In this document: one piece after another, positions 19,439-29,555 of the stretch
Layout of the letters: each line of letters opens with the position of its first letter
Numbering within the stretch: the stretch's first letter is position 1
NCBI GenBank assembly: GCA_963770565.1
Contig: CAVYQE010000001.1
Coordinates: 896,001 to 960,000, forward strand
Direction of reading: 5' to 3'
From: an uncultured Actinomycetota bacterium
GTDB taxonomy: Bacteria; Actinomycetota; Actinomycetes; JAFAQI01
Length of the DNA stretch: 64,000 nt
Notes under the pieces: generated by a model
Told to the model about the DNA's origin: nothing
Database searches by the model: none
The model's input: the letters and a program-made list of their open reading frames with translations, nothing else
Translations under genes and position numbers: made by a program

Positions 19439-20806
19439 GTGCACGCCGAGGACGAAGAGGCGGTTGCGAACGCCCGAGCGCTGGCCGAGTACTGCCTGCA
19501 CCGGTTGATGATCGATGCCCCGCTCGACCGGCCGATGACGCCGGGCGAGCTCGAGGACCTGGTCGGTCAGACCATCACCGCGGAAGGCATCGGCGCGGCC
19601 GAAGCGCTGCGGCTGTGGGCCGACGTCCTCGCCAAGGCGTGCCTGTCCGTCGACCACCCGCGCTACCTGTCCTTCATCCCGAGTGCGCCCACGAAAGCGG
19701 CCGCGGGGTTCGACATGTTGGTGGGCGCGTCAAGCGTGTACGGCGGGTCGTGGCTGGAGGGCTCCGGCGCGGTCTACGCCGAGAACCAGGCACTGCGCTG
19801 GGTCGCGGATCTGGCCGGGCTCCCTCCCGAGGCCGGCGGCGTGTTCGTCCAGGGCGGGACGGTCGGGAACCTGTCCGCGCTGGTCGCGGCTCGAGACGTG
19901 GCCCGACGGGCCCGGGGCGACCGGCCGGCCAGGTGGGTGGCGTGCATCACCGCCGAGACCCACTCCTCAGTGCGGCACGCGCTCGAGGTCGTGATGGACG
20001 TCGACGTGGTCGAGGTGCCTGGTGACGAGCGCGGCCGGATGGTCGGCACCGCCCTGGCCAAGACGGTGGGAGAGATCCCGGCCGAGGTCAGGGACGGGAT
20101 CTTCGCGGTGGTGGCGACCGCCGGCACCACCAACCTCGGCATCGTCGACGACATCGCCGGCATCGCCCGGGTCGCTTGCGACAACGGCTGGTGGCTGCAT
20201 GTCGACGGCGCCTATGGCGGGGCCGCGCTGGCTGCGCCGAGCGTGCGCGCGCTCTTCAACGGGGTCGAGCAGTGCGACTCGTTCATCGTCGATCCGCACA
20301 AGTGGCTGTTCGCGCCGTTCGACTCGTGTGCGTTGCTCTACCGCGACCCGGCGCAGGCGCGCGCGGCCCACACCCAGTACGCCGGCTATCTCGATCCGAT
20401 CACCGTCGAGGGCGAGTGGAACCCGTCGGACTATGCGGTGCAGCTCACCCGCCGCGCCCGGGGCCTGCCGTTCTGGTATTCGCTGGCGACCCACGGCACG
20501 AACGCCTACCGGGACGCAATCGAACGCACGCTGGAGGTGGCGCGCGCCGGGGCCGAGCTGATCCGGTCGGCCGAACACCTGCGGCTGCTGCTGGAGCCCG
20601 AGCTCACGGTCCTGGTCTTCGAGCGGCTCGGGTGGAAGCCGGCCGACTACCGGGCGTGGAGCGCTCGGCTACTCGACGAGCAGGTGGCGTTCGTGACCCC
20701 GACCACCCATGCCGGCCAGATGTGCACCCGCTTCGCGATCGTCAACCCACAAACCACCGAGGCCGATCTCGCGCTGGTCATCGAATCGATGAAGCTCGCG
20801 TCCTAA
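19439..20806 (+). CDS. Group II PLP-dependent amino-acid decarboxylase
   Basis: HPRYLSFIP, GGTVGN, HSSV, TAGTTN, LHVDGAYGG, DPHKW. Confidence 0.93.
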   Translation: MHAEDEEAVANARALAEYCLHRLMIDAPLDRPMTPGELEDLVGQTITAEGIGAAEALRLWADVLAKACLSVDHPRYLSFIPSAPTKAAAGFDMLVGASSVYGGSWLEGSGAVYAENQALRWVADLAGLPPEAGGVFVQGGTVGNLSALVAARDVARRARGDRPARWVACITAETHSSVRHALEVVMDVDVVEVPGDERGRMVGTALAKTVGEIPAEVRDGIFAVVATAGTTNLGIVDDIAGIARVACDNGWWLHVDGAYGGAALAAPSVRALFNGVEQCDSFIVDPHKWLFAPFDSCALLYRDPAQARAAHTQYAGYLDPITVEGEWNPSDYAVQLTRRARGLPFWYSLATHGTNAYRDAIERTLEVARAGAELIRSAEHLRLLLEPELTVLVFERLGWKPADYRAWSARLLDEQVAFVTPTTHAGQMCTRFAIVNPQTTEADLALVIESMKLAS

Positions 20807-20822
20807 AGCGGCCCGCGAGCGG

Positions 20823-22208
20823 TCATTGGGCCGGCGCGTGGATCAGCTTCTTGTTGACGAACTCGTCGATGCCGAGCGGCCCGAGCTCACGCCCGACGCC
20901 GGACCGCTTGGTCCCGCCGAACGGGAGGTCGGCACCGCCGCCCTCGGGCTCGTTGATCCACACCATGCCGGTGTCCAGCCGGTCGGCCAGCTCGATCGCG
21001 GCCGGGATGTCGGTGCTGTAGATCGCGCCACCGAGCCCGTACGAGGAGGAGTTCGACAGCGCAACCGCCTCGTCGGCGCTGCTCACCCGGTAGACCACCG
21101 CGGCCGGCCCGAACAGCTCTTCGTGGTAGGCACGCATCTCCGGGGTCACATCGGTGAGCACGGTCGCCTCGACGAAGGCACCAGGCCCGTCGACCCGGCG
21201 CCCGCCGGTCCGGACCACGGCGCCCTTGCTGACCGCGTCGTCGATCTGGGCCATGAGGTTCTGCGCGGCCTGCTCAGAGGACAGCGGGCCGTAGTTGGTG
21301 TCGGGGTCGGTGGGGTCGCCGGTCTTCAGCTCCGACATCGCCTGGGTGAACTGCTCGACGAACTCGTCGTAGATGTCGTCCATCACGATCATCCGCTTTG
21401 CGGCGTTGCACGACTGTCCGGCGTTCTCCATCCGGGCCGCGACGGCGTCCTGGACGGCCTGCTTCAGGTCGTTCGTGCTGAGGAAGATGTAGGCGTCGGA
21501 GCCACCGAGCTCGAGGACCACTTTCTTGAGGTTCTGGCCGGCGATGGCTGCGACCGCAGTGCCGGCCCGCTCGCTGCCGGTCACCGAGACGCCGGCGATC
21601 CGCGGATCGCCGATCATCCGAGCCGCCTGCTCGTTGCTGACGAACACGTTGATGTAGGCGTTGTGCGGAAGGCCGGCGTCGTGGAACACCTGCTCCATCG
21701 CCAGCGCCGACTCCGGGCACTGCGGAGCGTGCTTCAGGACCACCGTGTTGCCGATCATCAGGTTCGGCGCGGCGAACCGAGCGACCTGGTAGTAGGGGAA
21801 GTTCCAGGGCATGATGCCGAGGACCGGTCCGATCGGCGACTTGCGCACCCACGCCTCGCCGGGCGTCTCGGACGGCAGCGGCTCGTCCTTCAGGAGGTCG
21901 GCCGCGTTGTTGGCGTAGTAGCGGTAGATCTCCGCGACGAAGTCGACCTCGCCGAGGGCGTCAGCGGTCGTCTTGCCCATCTCGCGGGTGATCAGGGCGG
22001 CGAGGGAGTCGCGGCGCTCCTCGTACAGGTCGGCGACCCGGTTGATGATCGCGGCTCGCTCGCTCATCGCGCTGGTGCGCCAGGAGGCGTACGCCGCGCC
22101 GGCGCGCGCGAGAGTGTCCTCGACCTGGTCGTCCGTGGCGATCGGGAACTCGCTCTCGGTCTGACCGGTCGCCGGGTTGACCACCTTGTATTCCACCGCT
22201 GGGCTCAT
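20823..22208 (-). CDS. NAD(P)-dependent succinate-semialdehyde dehydrogenase family
   Basis: IMPWNFP, TGSERAG, LELGGSD, NAGQSC, EELFGP, PFGG. Confidence 0.92.
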   Translation of the reverse strand: MSPAVEYKVVNPATGQTESEFPIATDDQVEDTLARAGAAYASWRTSAMSERAAIINRVADLYEERRDSLAALITREMGKTTADALGEVDFVAEIYRYYANNAADLLKDEPLPSETPGEAWVRKSPIGPVLGIMPWNFPYYQVARFAAPNLMIGNTVVLKHAPQCPESALAMEQVFHDAGLPHNAYINVFVSNEQAARMIGDPRIAGVSVTGSERAGTAVAAIAGQNLKKVVLELGGSDAYIFLSTNDLKQAVQDAVAARMENAGQSCNAAKRMIVMDDIYDEFVEQFTQAMSELKTGDPTDPDTNYGPLSSEQAAQNLMAQIDDAVSKGAVVRTGGRRVDGPGAFVEATVLTDVTPEMRAYHEELFGPAAVVYRVSSADEAVALSNSSSYGLGGAIYSTDIPAAIELADRLDTGMVWINEPEGGGADLPFGGTKRSGVGRELGPLGIDEFVNKKLIHAPAQ

Positions 22209-22347
22209 CGTGCAACCCCCTCCTCACAGATCGTCGTTGACCTGACCTCAGAATCTTGCCGTCGCCCAACGCTACCCACCAGGGCAAGCGGCGGTTCAGC
22301 GTGGGGCGGCCCGAACCGGGCACCGCGTTGCTCGACGGAGGACAAGC

Positions 22348-22620
22348 GTGGACACTGGACGGGTGGCTCTCGCCGACCTCTCGCCCACAGACCAGACCGA
22401 TCGTGACTTCGCCGAAGTGCCGGCCGTCGCGCCGGACGCGGTGGTCGACCCCCATTGGCTGGAGCTGCGAGGCGACTCCTTGCTGCCGAGCCTCTACATG
22501 CCGCCGACGATGGCGGGCCAGCGTTCCCCGCTCATGCGGATGGTGGCCACCGCACTGATCGGGGTGTTCATGCTCGCGACGGCGCTTGGCGTCTGCCTCA
22601 CCTACGGCCCGCCGACCTAA
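22348..22620 (+). CDS. Small hypothetical membrane protein
   Basis: GGAGG RBS; LPSLYMPP followed by a C-terminal TM helix ending VCLTYG; fills the gap between neighbours. Confidence 0.7.
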   Translation: MDTGRVALADLSPTDQTDRDFAEVPAVAPDAVVDPHWLELRGDSLLPSLYMPPTMAGQRSPLMRMVATALIGVFMLATALGVCLTYGPPT

Positions 22621-23600
22621 CGTCCACCGGGGCGGTGGCGGACGCTGCCGCCGGGCTTGAGCGTGCCGGGCGGCAGTTCGGGAGCGGGTAGTGGGTCGTC
22701 GGCATCGGCGACCACTCCGAACTCGGTGCCGGACATCCAAAGCTCCCGCGCGGCGGCGATCTCCTCGCCCGTGCGTGCGACGAAGTTCCACCACATCACG
22801 ATCTGCTCGGCGAACGGCTCGCCGCCGAGCAACAACAGCCGGGCGTCTGCATCGCTCGACAGCCGGAGATCCCGCCGGCCGCAACCGAGGTAGAGCATCG
22901 CGCCCGGGGAGATCTCGACGCCGTCGACGGTCACCACCCCGGAGGTGGCGATCGCGGCGTACTCGAAGTCGGGTTCCAGCGGCAGCATCGGGCTGGCCGG
23001 GCCGCTCAGGGCGATGTCGGCACCGACCACCGGCGAGTACGTCGTCCTGGCCGGAGAGGTCGCACCCGCGAGCTCGCCGAGGATGACGGTCACGGTCATG
23101 CCGGACTGCGCGACGACCGGTGCGCTCGCGTGGTGTTCCCAGGCCGGGTCGGTCTGCCGGGCGCCGTCCGGCAACGCGATCCAGAGTTGGACGCCGTGCA
23201 AGAGCGCGGGGTGCGGCACCGGTGAGTGTTCGGCGTGCGCGATGCCGCGGCCGGCGGTCATCAGCCCGAGCTCGCCCGGTCGGATCACCTGGTCGCTGCC
23301 GAGGCTGTCGCGGTGGTGGACCTCGCCGGCAAGCAGCCAGCTGACTGTCTGCAGGCCGATGTGTGGGTGCGGCGGCACGGTCATGCCGGGCTGGTTCGCG
23401 ATGTCGTCGGGGCCGTAGTGGTCGATGAAGCACCACGGCCCGACAAGGCGCCGGCCGAGGTTCGGGAGGAGCCGGCGTACGACCGTGCTTTCACCGAGCG
23501 CGACCGCGCGGCCGGCGAACAGCTCATGGACCGGATCGGCCGCGACCGCTGCGCGGCCGCCGGCCACGGTGTAGTCCGGAATCCGGTCGACGTTGCTCAT
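22617..23600 (-). CDS. Pirin family protein
   Basis: FIDHYGP, PPHPHIGLQTV, HRDSLGS, MTAGRGIAHAE, QLWIALP, WWNFV. Confidence 0.95.
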   Translation of the reverse strand: MSNVDRIPDYTVAGGRAAVAADPVHELFAGRAVALGESTVVRRLLPNLGRRLVGPWCFIDHYGPDDIANQPGMTVPPHPHIGLQTVSWLLAGEVHHRDSLGSDQVIRPGELGLMTAGRGIAHAEHSPVPHPALLHGVQLWIALPDGARQTDPAWEHHASAPVVAQSGMTVTVILGELAGATSPARTTYSPVVGADIALSGPASPMLPLEPDFEYAAIATSGVVTVDGVEISPGAMLYLGCGRRDLRLSSDADARLLLLGGEPFAEQIVMWWNFVARTGEEIAAARELWMSGTEFGVVADADDPLPAPELPPGTLKPGGSVRHRPGGR

Positions 23601-23622
23601 CTGCCCACCCCATCATGGACCG

Positions 23623-24267
23623 GTGCTCAGCCCGATCGCCCTCGAAGGGTCCGTCGTCGCCTTGGAGCCACTGGACCTGACCCACGTCGAGGGACTGGTG
23701 GCCGCGGCCGCCGAGGACCGCTCGAGCTACGCCTTCACCTGGGTGCCCGACGGCGCGGATTCCTGCCGGGGCTTCGTCGAGGCCGCGCTGTACGCGCAGT
23801 CCGACGGGCACTCGGTCCCGTTCGCGGTGCGCCGCCGGGCCGACTCGGCCATCGTCGGGTCGACCCGCTTCCTTGACCTCGAGGTGTTCGCCTGGCCGCC
23901 GGCCGGGCCGTCCGGCGCGGGCGGGCTGGTGCCCTCCGACGACAACCCGCCGACGGTGGCCGAGATCGGCAGCACCTGGTACAGCGCGTCGGCGCAGCGG
24001 ACCGCGGTCAACACCGAGTGCAAGCTGCTGATGCTCGGGCATGCCTTCGACGTCTGGGACGTCCGGCGGATGACCCTGAAGACCGACGCGCGCAATCAGC
24101 GCTCGCGGGCCGCGATCGAGCGGCTGGGCGCGCTGTTCGAAGGGGTCCGGCGGGTGCATTCGCCGGCCAGCGACGGCGGGTTTCGGGATACCGCGTACTT
24201 CTCGATCGTGGCCGACGAATGGCCGGCGGTGCGGGCCGGCCTTGCGGCCCGCCTCGCGCGGTCCTGA
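23623..24267 (+). CDS. GNAT (RimJ/RimL-like) N-acetyltransferase
   Basis: VGSTRF, EIGSTW, VNTECKLLML, KTDARNQRSRAAIERLGALFEG. Confidence 0.92.
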   Translation: MLSPIALEGSVVALEPLDLTHVEGLVAAAAEDRSSYAFTWVPDGADSCRGFVEAALYAQSDGHSVPFAVRRRADSAIVGSTRFLDLEVFAWPPAGPSGAGGLVPSDDNPPTVAEIGSTWYSASAQRTAVNTECKLLMLGHAFDVWDVRRMTLKTDARNQRSRAAIERLGALFEGVRRVHSPASDGGFRDTAYFSIVADEWPAVRAGLAARLARS

Positions 24268-24280
24268 GCGGCGCCGGCTG

Positions 24281-25300
24281 CTAGCGACCGGTTCGGTACG
24301 TCGACGCCAGCTCGCGCATCCTGCGGTGCGCGTCGTTGAAGACAGCGACGGCGGGAAGGTAGGCCTTACGGACCTTTGCGACCGAGGTGTAGTTGGTGTC
24401 GACGACGTTGGCCAGCGGCGACTCCACCACCTGCGACAGCAGCTGGTAGGCATCCATCTGGTGCAGGCCGAAGTCGCTGCACGCCCAGGACACCAGGTCG
24501 GCCTGCGCGATCCGGAAGGCATCCTCGAGCGGCCTGGCCGACCCGAGGCTCATCAGATGGGTGTCGGTCTCGATCCGCGGGGTCGGGCACGACCGGCCCT
24601 TGATCAGGTCGACGGCGAGCACCGTGTCCATCGCGCACTCCGCGGCGACCCCGCAGGTCTCGCCCTCGCCCTGGCGGGCGTGGCCATCCCCGAGCGAGAA
24701 CAGCGCGCCTTCGACGTTGACGCCGAGATAGCAGGTGACGCCGACCGTCATCTCTGGCGTGTCGAGGTTGCCCCCGAAGACGTCCGGCACGAGCGACGAG
24801 CGGGCTTCGAGATTCGGTGGGGCAACGCCGACGGTGCCGTGCATGACCGTCATCGGCACGTCGACCGACCAGTCGCCGAAGCGCGACTCGAAGCGGCACA
24901 GGTCGCGCTCGCGGTCGAGCTGCCAGATCCAGACGATCTCGGGCAGCGCGGGTTGCAGGGTTGCGGTCAGGTGCGTGCTGGTCAGCGCACCGAACAGCGG
25001 CACCGTGGTCGAGGCGGCCCAGTCGCGGGCCGGTCGGATCTCGATGAAGTGGATCGCCAGGGTGTCTCCGGGCTCAGCGCCTTCGACGTAGAACGGCCCG
25101 GTCTGCGGGTTGACGAACGGGAACTCGCAGACCTCCGAGACCAGGTCGGTCTCGGTGCGGACCCGGCCCGCGAAGCAGTCCTCGGTGAAGACCTCGAGGA
25201 TGGTGCCCGGCGCGACCCGGGCGACCGGTGGCGCGCCGCCGAACGTCCAGGCGTACTCGCCGTCGGCCGGGCGGTAGGCGAGGATCCGGGGGTCGCTCAC
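24281..25300 (-). CDS. Acetamidase/formamidase family protein
   Basis: NPQTGPFYVEGAEPGD, FGGNLD, GDGHARQGEGE; GAGGAG RBS before GTG 25300. Confidence 0.93.
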   Translation of the reverse strand: MSDPRILAYRPADGEYAWTFGGAPPVARVAPGTILEVFTEDCFAGRVRTETDLVSEVCEFPFVNPQTGPFYVEGAEPGDTLAIHFIEIRPARDWAASTTVPLFGALTSTHLTATLQPALPEIVWIWQLDRERDLCRFESRFGDWSVDVPMTVMHGTVGVAPPNLEARSSLVPDVFGGNLDTPEMTVGVTCYLGVNVEGALFSLGDGHARQGEGETCGVAAECAMDTVLAVDLIKGRSCPTPRIETDTHLMSLGSARPLEDAFRIAQADLVSWACSDFGLHQMDAYQLLSQVVESPLANVVDTNYTSVAKVRKAYLPAVAVFNDAHRRMRELASTYRTGR

Positions 25301-25326
25301 GACACTCCTCAGCGGGTACGGATCGG

Positions 25327-25647
25327 TTAGGTGCCGAGCCCGCCGGCCGGGATGTAGGACCCGACGATCGTCGCGTTGGTGACGTTCGGGGGAGTCGTGA
25401 TTCGCGCGTCGATGTCCTTGCCGAACGCCTGGAACGCCTCGAGGGCCGGGAGCGGATTCGCGCCGTCCGGGGTGTCCGCGGTTGAGACGTGCACGAACGA
25501 CACGCCGTCCTCGAGCCTCATGACCTTGTATTCGACGTTGCTGGGCGCATCGGCGCGGAGCTGGTCGAAGACGCCCTGGATCAACCGGACATGCTCGTCG
25601 AGGGATTCCGGCTTGACCTGGTAAGTCACGACGACGTTGGTGATCAC
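25327..25647 (-). CDS. Small ferredoxin-like (ABM-type) hypothetical protein
   Basis: VVVTYQVKPE...VFDQL...Y...DGVSFVH...LEAFQAF pattern; GGAGG RBS. Confidence 0.75.
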   Translation of the reverse strand: MITNVVVTYQVKPESLDEHVRLIQGVFDQLRADAPSNVEYKVMRLEDGVSFVHVSTADTPDGANPLPALEAFQAFGKDIDARITTPPNVTNATIVGSYIPAGGLGT

Positions 25648-25929
25648 CGCTCCGCCTCCCGTTTCGCTGTCCGCGCACCGTATCCCGAGGGTAGGACTGC
25701 CGGGGTGGCGATGGGAATCGGGCGGTGACGACCAGCTCGACCCGGGCGATCCGCGGCGGTCGCACCCGTTGTTCGACCCGGTGATCGAACGGCTGTTTCC
25801 CGGCGGCCTGGTCCGGCCGAGCCCGGCCTCGCCTTCTCCCCGACCGCGGCGTTGACGTCTGCGTATAGGACGATGGTGCTCGATATGTCGGGGCGAGGCG
25901 AGCTGATGAATGGAATCGCCGAGCGCAGG

Positions 25930-26751
25930 ATGGAGCCCAAGACGACCGGCCCAGATCAGCAGGCGGGTTCGGCCCTGGTCATCGAGGGCGTCTTCAAGGG
26001 CTACGGTTCGGGCCCGACCCGGACCTCAGTGATCGAGGACGTGAACCTGGTCGCCCAGCGCGGCCAGTTCGTCACGATGATCGGTCCCAGCGGGTGCGGC
26101 AAGACCACCCTGCTCAGGATCGTCGCGGGCCTGCTCGAGGTCGACCAGGGCAGCGTGTCGGTGTTCGGCGAGTCCGTTCACCGTGCGGTCGAGGCCAAGC
26201 ACATCGGCCTGGTCCCGCAGTCACCCGCGCTGCTGCCCTGGCGCACCGTGCTCGACAACGTACGGCTGCCGCTGCAGGTGAACAAGAGGCCCGACTCGGA
26301 CGGATCTCGCTCGCATGCCGACCCGGTCGCGGTGCTCGAGTCGTTCGGCCTCGGCGACGTGATCAACCGGCGTCCCGCTCAGCTCTCCGGCGGGATGCAG
26401 CAGCGAGTGGCGATCGCCCGAGCCTTCGTGTTCGACCCGCCGATCCTGTTGATGGACGAGCCGTTTGCCGCGGTCGACGAGCTCACCCGCGAGGTCCTGC
26501 GGCACGAGCTGCTCTCGATCTGGCAGGCGAACAAGAAGACGGTCCTATTCGTCACCCACTCGATCCCCGAGGCGATCACGCTCTCGGACGTGGTCGTGGT
26601 GATGTCAGCCAAACCCGGACGAGTTCAGCGCGTGATCCCGATCGGCCTGCCGCGTCCGCGCGCTGACTCGGTCGAACTGACCGAGGAGTTCCACGACCTC
26701 GAGCGTCAGATCCGACTCGAGCTGCGCGGCGGCTGGCAGGGTGCGCGATGA
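25930..26751 (+). CDS. NitT/TauT-type ABC transporter ATP-binding protein (start uncertain)
   Basis: GPSGCGKT, LLPWRTV, LSGGMQQR, LLMDEPF, FVTH. Confidence 0.95.
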   Translation: MEPKTTGPDQQAGSALVIEGVFKGYGSGPTRTSVIEDVNLVAQRGQFVTMIGPSGCGKTTLLRIVAGLLEVDQGSVSVFGESVHRAVEAKHIGLVPQSPALLPWRTVLDNVRLPLQVNKRPDSDGSRSHADPVAVLESFGLGDVINRRPAQLSGGMQQRVAIARAFVFDPPILLMDEPFAAVDELTREVLRHELLSIWQANKKTVLFVTHSIPEAITLSDVVVVMSAKPGRVQRVIPIGLPRPRADSVELTEEFHDLERQIRLELRGGWQGAR

Positions 26752-27554
26752 GCGCGCGGTCCGGGTCGGCCGAGCGCGGCGGCCCGCCGGCCTGGATCAG
26801 GCCGGCGATCTGGCTTCCGCCATCGGTCGCCCTCCTCGTACTCGGGGCGGCCTGGCAGCTTTACGCGATCCACCACCCGTTCGTCATCCCGACCGTGCCG
26901 ACGATTCTCCGCGAGCTCGCCGACCGCCCGGGCTTCTACGCGCGCAACGCCAGGACGACGCTGCAGGAGGCACTGGTCGGTGCGGCATTCGGGATGGGGA
27001 TCGCGTTCGCCCTTGCCGTCCTGATGTCGTACGTGCGGATCATCGAACGGGCCATCCTGCCGCTCGCGGTCATCCTCAACGTGACCCCGATCATCGCGGT
27101 GGCGCCGGCCCTCGTCGTGGCCTTCGGGTTCGGCCTGACGCCGAAATACATCATCACCGCGGCCCTGGTCTTCTTCCCGTTCCTCATCAACTCCCTCATC
27201 GGTCTGCGATCCACCGACCCGCTCGCGCTCGACGTCATGAACACGTTGCACGCCTCGCGGACCGAGATTCTCTGGCGGCTGCGGTTGCCGAGCAGCCTGC
27301 CGTTCCTGTGTGCGGGCGCGCGAATTTGTATTCCGCTCAGTGTCATCGGCGCGGTCGTGGCGGAGTTCGTGGCCGCTGGCCAGGCGAACGGCTTGGGCAC
27401 GCTGATCGTCACGGCCGCCTCGCTGTCCGACCTGAAGACGATCTACGCATCAGTGGTCGTGCTTGCGGTGATCGGAATTGCGTTGTTCGTTCTCGTCGTC
27501 ATCGTGCAGAGGCGCCTCCTGGCCTGGCACAGCTCGGCGACACCGATCAAGTGA
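26748..27554 (+). CDS. NitT/TauT-type ABC transporter permease
   Basis: TM helices, LRLPSSLP, IGAVVAEF, GLG. Confidence 0.93.
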   Translation: MSARSGSAERGGPPAWIRPAIWLPPSVALLVLGAAWQLYAIHHPFVIPTVPTILRELADRPGFYARNARTTLQEALVGAAFGMGIAFALAVLMSYVRIIERAILPLAVILNVTPIIAVAPALVVAFGFGLTPKYIITAALVFFPFLINSLIGLRSTDPLALDVMNTLHASRTEILWRLRLPSSLPFLCAGARICIPLSVIGAVVAEFVAAGQANGLGTLIVTAASLSDLKTIYASVVVLAVIGIALFVLVVIVQRRLLAWHSSATPIK

Positions 27555-27598
27555 TGATTGTCGGCCTTGGCGAACATCGTGAAACGAGCGGAGACCGC

Positions 27599-28717
27599 AT
27601 GAAGCGCAGGTGGGGCCTTCGGAGCAGCGCAACAAGGGGCTGCGCGCTGGTCGTCGTCGCGTTGGTCGCGGCTGCGGCCTGTCGCGGTTCGTCGTCGGGG
27701 GAAACTGCACTGCCCGCCGGCGCGTCGTCGTCGGCGGGCACGTCACTGATCAGCGCGGCCGAGTGCGCGGCCAACAAGGCGGCCGGCCCGATCACCTATG
27801 TTTCGCCGTTCGGCTTCGATGCGTCGGCCGGCATCATCGATGTCTTCGCGGCGCAGCAGCTCGGGTACTTCAAGGACCTTTGCCTCACCGTCAAGTTCGT
27901 CACGAACTCCCAGGACTCGACGTCCTTGGTCTCGGCGGGCAAGGCGCAGGTCACGAATGTGGGGTCTGCCGCCGACTACCTGTCGTCGGTCGCGAGCGGT
28001 GCCAACATCAAGGCGGTTGCCACCTACGGCGACACTTCGGACTACTGCATCGTCACGCAGAAGGGGATCACGTCGCTCAAGCAACTTGAGGGCAAGACCC
28101 TGGGATACCACTTCGTCAAGCCGGCGCCGGTCTTGCAGATGTTGGTGGCAGCGGGAGTCGACCTGAGCAAGGTCAGCTTCGTCAATACGTCGAACTACGA
28201 CCCGAACCAGGTCGTACAGGGCAAGATCGACGCGGTCTCCTGCTACCAGTCGAACGAACCTCTGACTCTGAAGGCCGAAGGTGCCGCGTTCAACGTGTTC
28301 ACGCCGGCCCAGTTCGGCGTCGCGGGCACGTTCAACGTCCAGTTCTTCAACAGGAACTTCCTCGTGACCCACTACGCCGCGGCCAAGGACTGGATGCGGG
28401 CGGACCTGCACGCGTTCGACTACTGCGCAGCGAACATCACGGCGTGCGTGAACATCGAGGGTGACTATTCAAAGGCCGCCGGCGCTGACTTCGTGACCAG
28501 CCACGAGATTCAGGTCTGGACCCTTGAGAGTGCGCTCGCGAAGGACCACACGTTGCCCGGCAAGGGTGTGGGAGTCGAGTCAGTGGCCGAGTTCCAGCCG
28601 GAGGCAAGGGAGCTCGTGCACTTCGGCTTGACGAAGTCAGTGCCTTCGTTGTCTGCGGTCACTGACACAACGTTGGTGGCGTCGCTCTACAACGAAAGCG
28701 CGCTCATCTGGCCGTAG
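27599..28717 (+). CDS. NMT1/THI5-like ABC substrate-binding lipoprotein
   Basis: Lipobox AAAC, AAQQLGYFKDLCLTV, GITSLKQLEGKTLG, YQSNEP. Confidence 0.88.
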   Translation: MKRRWGLRSSATRGCALVVVALVAAAACRGSSSGETALPAGASSSAGTSLISAAECAANKAAGPITYVSPFGFDASAGIIDVFAAQQLGYFKDLCLTVKFVTNSQDSTSLVSAGKAQVTNVGSAADYLSSVASGANIKAVATYGDTSDYCIVTQKGITSLKQLEGKTLGYHFVKPAPVLQMLVAAGVDLSKVSFVNTSNYDPNQVVQGKIDAVSCYQSNEPLTLKAEGAAFNVFTPAQFGVAGTFNVQFFNRNFLVTHYAAAKDWMRADLHAFDYCAANITACVNIEGDYSKAAGADFVTSHEIQVWTLESALAKDHTLPGKGVGVESVAEFQPEARELVHFGLTKSVPSLSAVTDTTLVASLYNESALIWP

Positions 28718-28735
28718 CCCGCGACTTCCCGGCGG

Positions 28736-29416
28736 CTATCGCGACTCTTCAACGCCGCTGATCTTGATGCCGGCGTGGGTCTTGTACCGGCGGTTGATCG
28801 CGATGAGGTTTGCCGTGAGCGCCTCGATCTGGCCGGCCAGCCGCAGCCGGCCGCCGTAGATGCCGCGGACGCCCGGCAGCAGGTCCGCGAGTTCACCGAC
28901 TAGATCGGTCGCCTCGCGGTCGTCACCGAGGACGAGCACGTCCTGGTCGAGGTCGCTGACGTCCGGATTCGACAGTACGACGGCGCTGACGTTGTGGAAT
29001 GCCGCGACGACCCGCGACTCCGGCAGCAAGTCGCGGGCCTGCTCGGCCGCGCTTCCCTCCGCGACCGTGATGGCAGCCGGTCCGCGTTCGTCGAAGGCGA
29101 TCGGGTTGACGCAGTCGACGACGATCTTGCCCGCGAGCTCGTCGGTCAAGGAGCGCAGGGTCTGCTCGTGCGCTTCCCAGGGGACGGCGACAATCACAAT
29201 GTCGGCCCGGGTAGCGGCGTCGGCGTTGGCTGACCCCTGGACTGATCCAGCAGTGATCACCTTGGTGAGCTCGTGCGCCGACGCAGCGGCGCGCTCGGCA
29301 TCCCGCGAGCCGATCACGACGCTGAGGCCCTCCTGCGCGAAACGGAACGCCAGACCCTGACCTTGGCCACCCGTCCCGCCCAGAATCGCCACAGTCATCG
29401 TCCTGATGTCAGTCAC
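28736..29416 (-). CDS. npdG: NADPH-dependent F420 reductase
   Basis: ILGGTGGQGQGLA, IGSRDAERA, VDCVNP, AFHNVSA, EALTANLIAINRRYK; AGGAG RBS. Confidence 0.93.
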   Translation of the reverse strand: MTDIRTMTVAILGGTGGQGQGLAFRFAQEGLSVVIGSRDAERAAASAHELTKVITAGSVQGSANADAATRADIVIVAVPWEAHEQTLRSLTDELAGKIVVDCVNPIAFDERGPAAITVAEGSAAEQARDLLPESRVVAAFHNVSAVVLSNPDVSDLDQDVLVLGDDREATDLVGELADLLPGVRGIYGGRLRLAGQIEALTANLIAINRRYKTHAGIKISGVEESR

Positions 29417-29555
29417 GGTTTCTCCTCGTTCAGGTGTGTGCGTCTGCTGCAAGCCTGGAACCGGCACGGCGATGTCGCCACGGTGTGCTCGGTACTCTAA
29501 GCACCCGCGCGGCGCCCATGCCTACTGACCGTGAGTGTCATGCAGACTGTGGTTC

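Noticed and set aside
25690-25855. Possible gene remnant or TPP riboswitch upstream of the ABC transporter
   Set aside because: There are no TPP consensus elements, and the short reading frame lacks a credible start or recognisable motif.
26741-27598. Apparent 658-aa ORF extending the substrate-binding protein upstream
   Set aside because: The N-terminal 286 codons overlap the permease in another frame and are low complexity; the lipoprotein signal starts at 27599.
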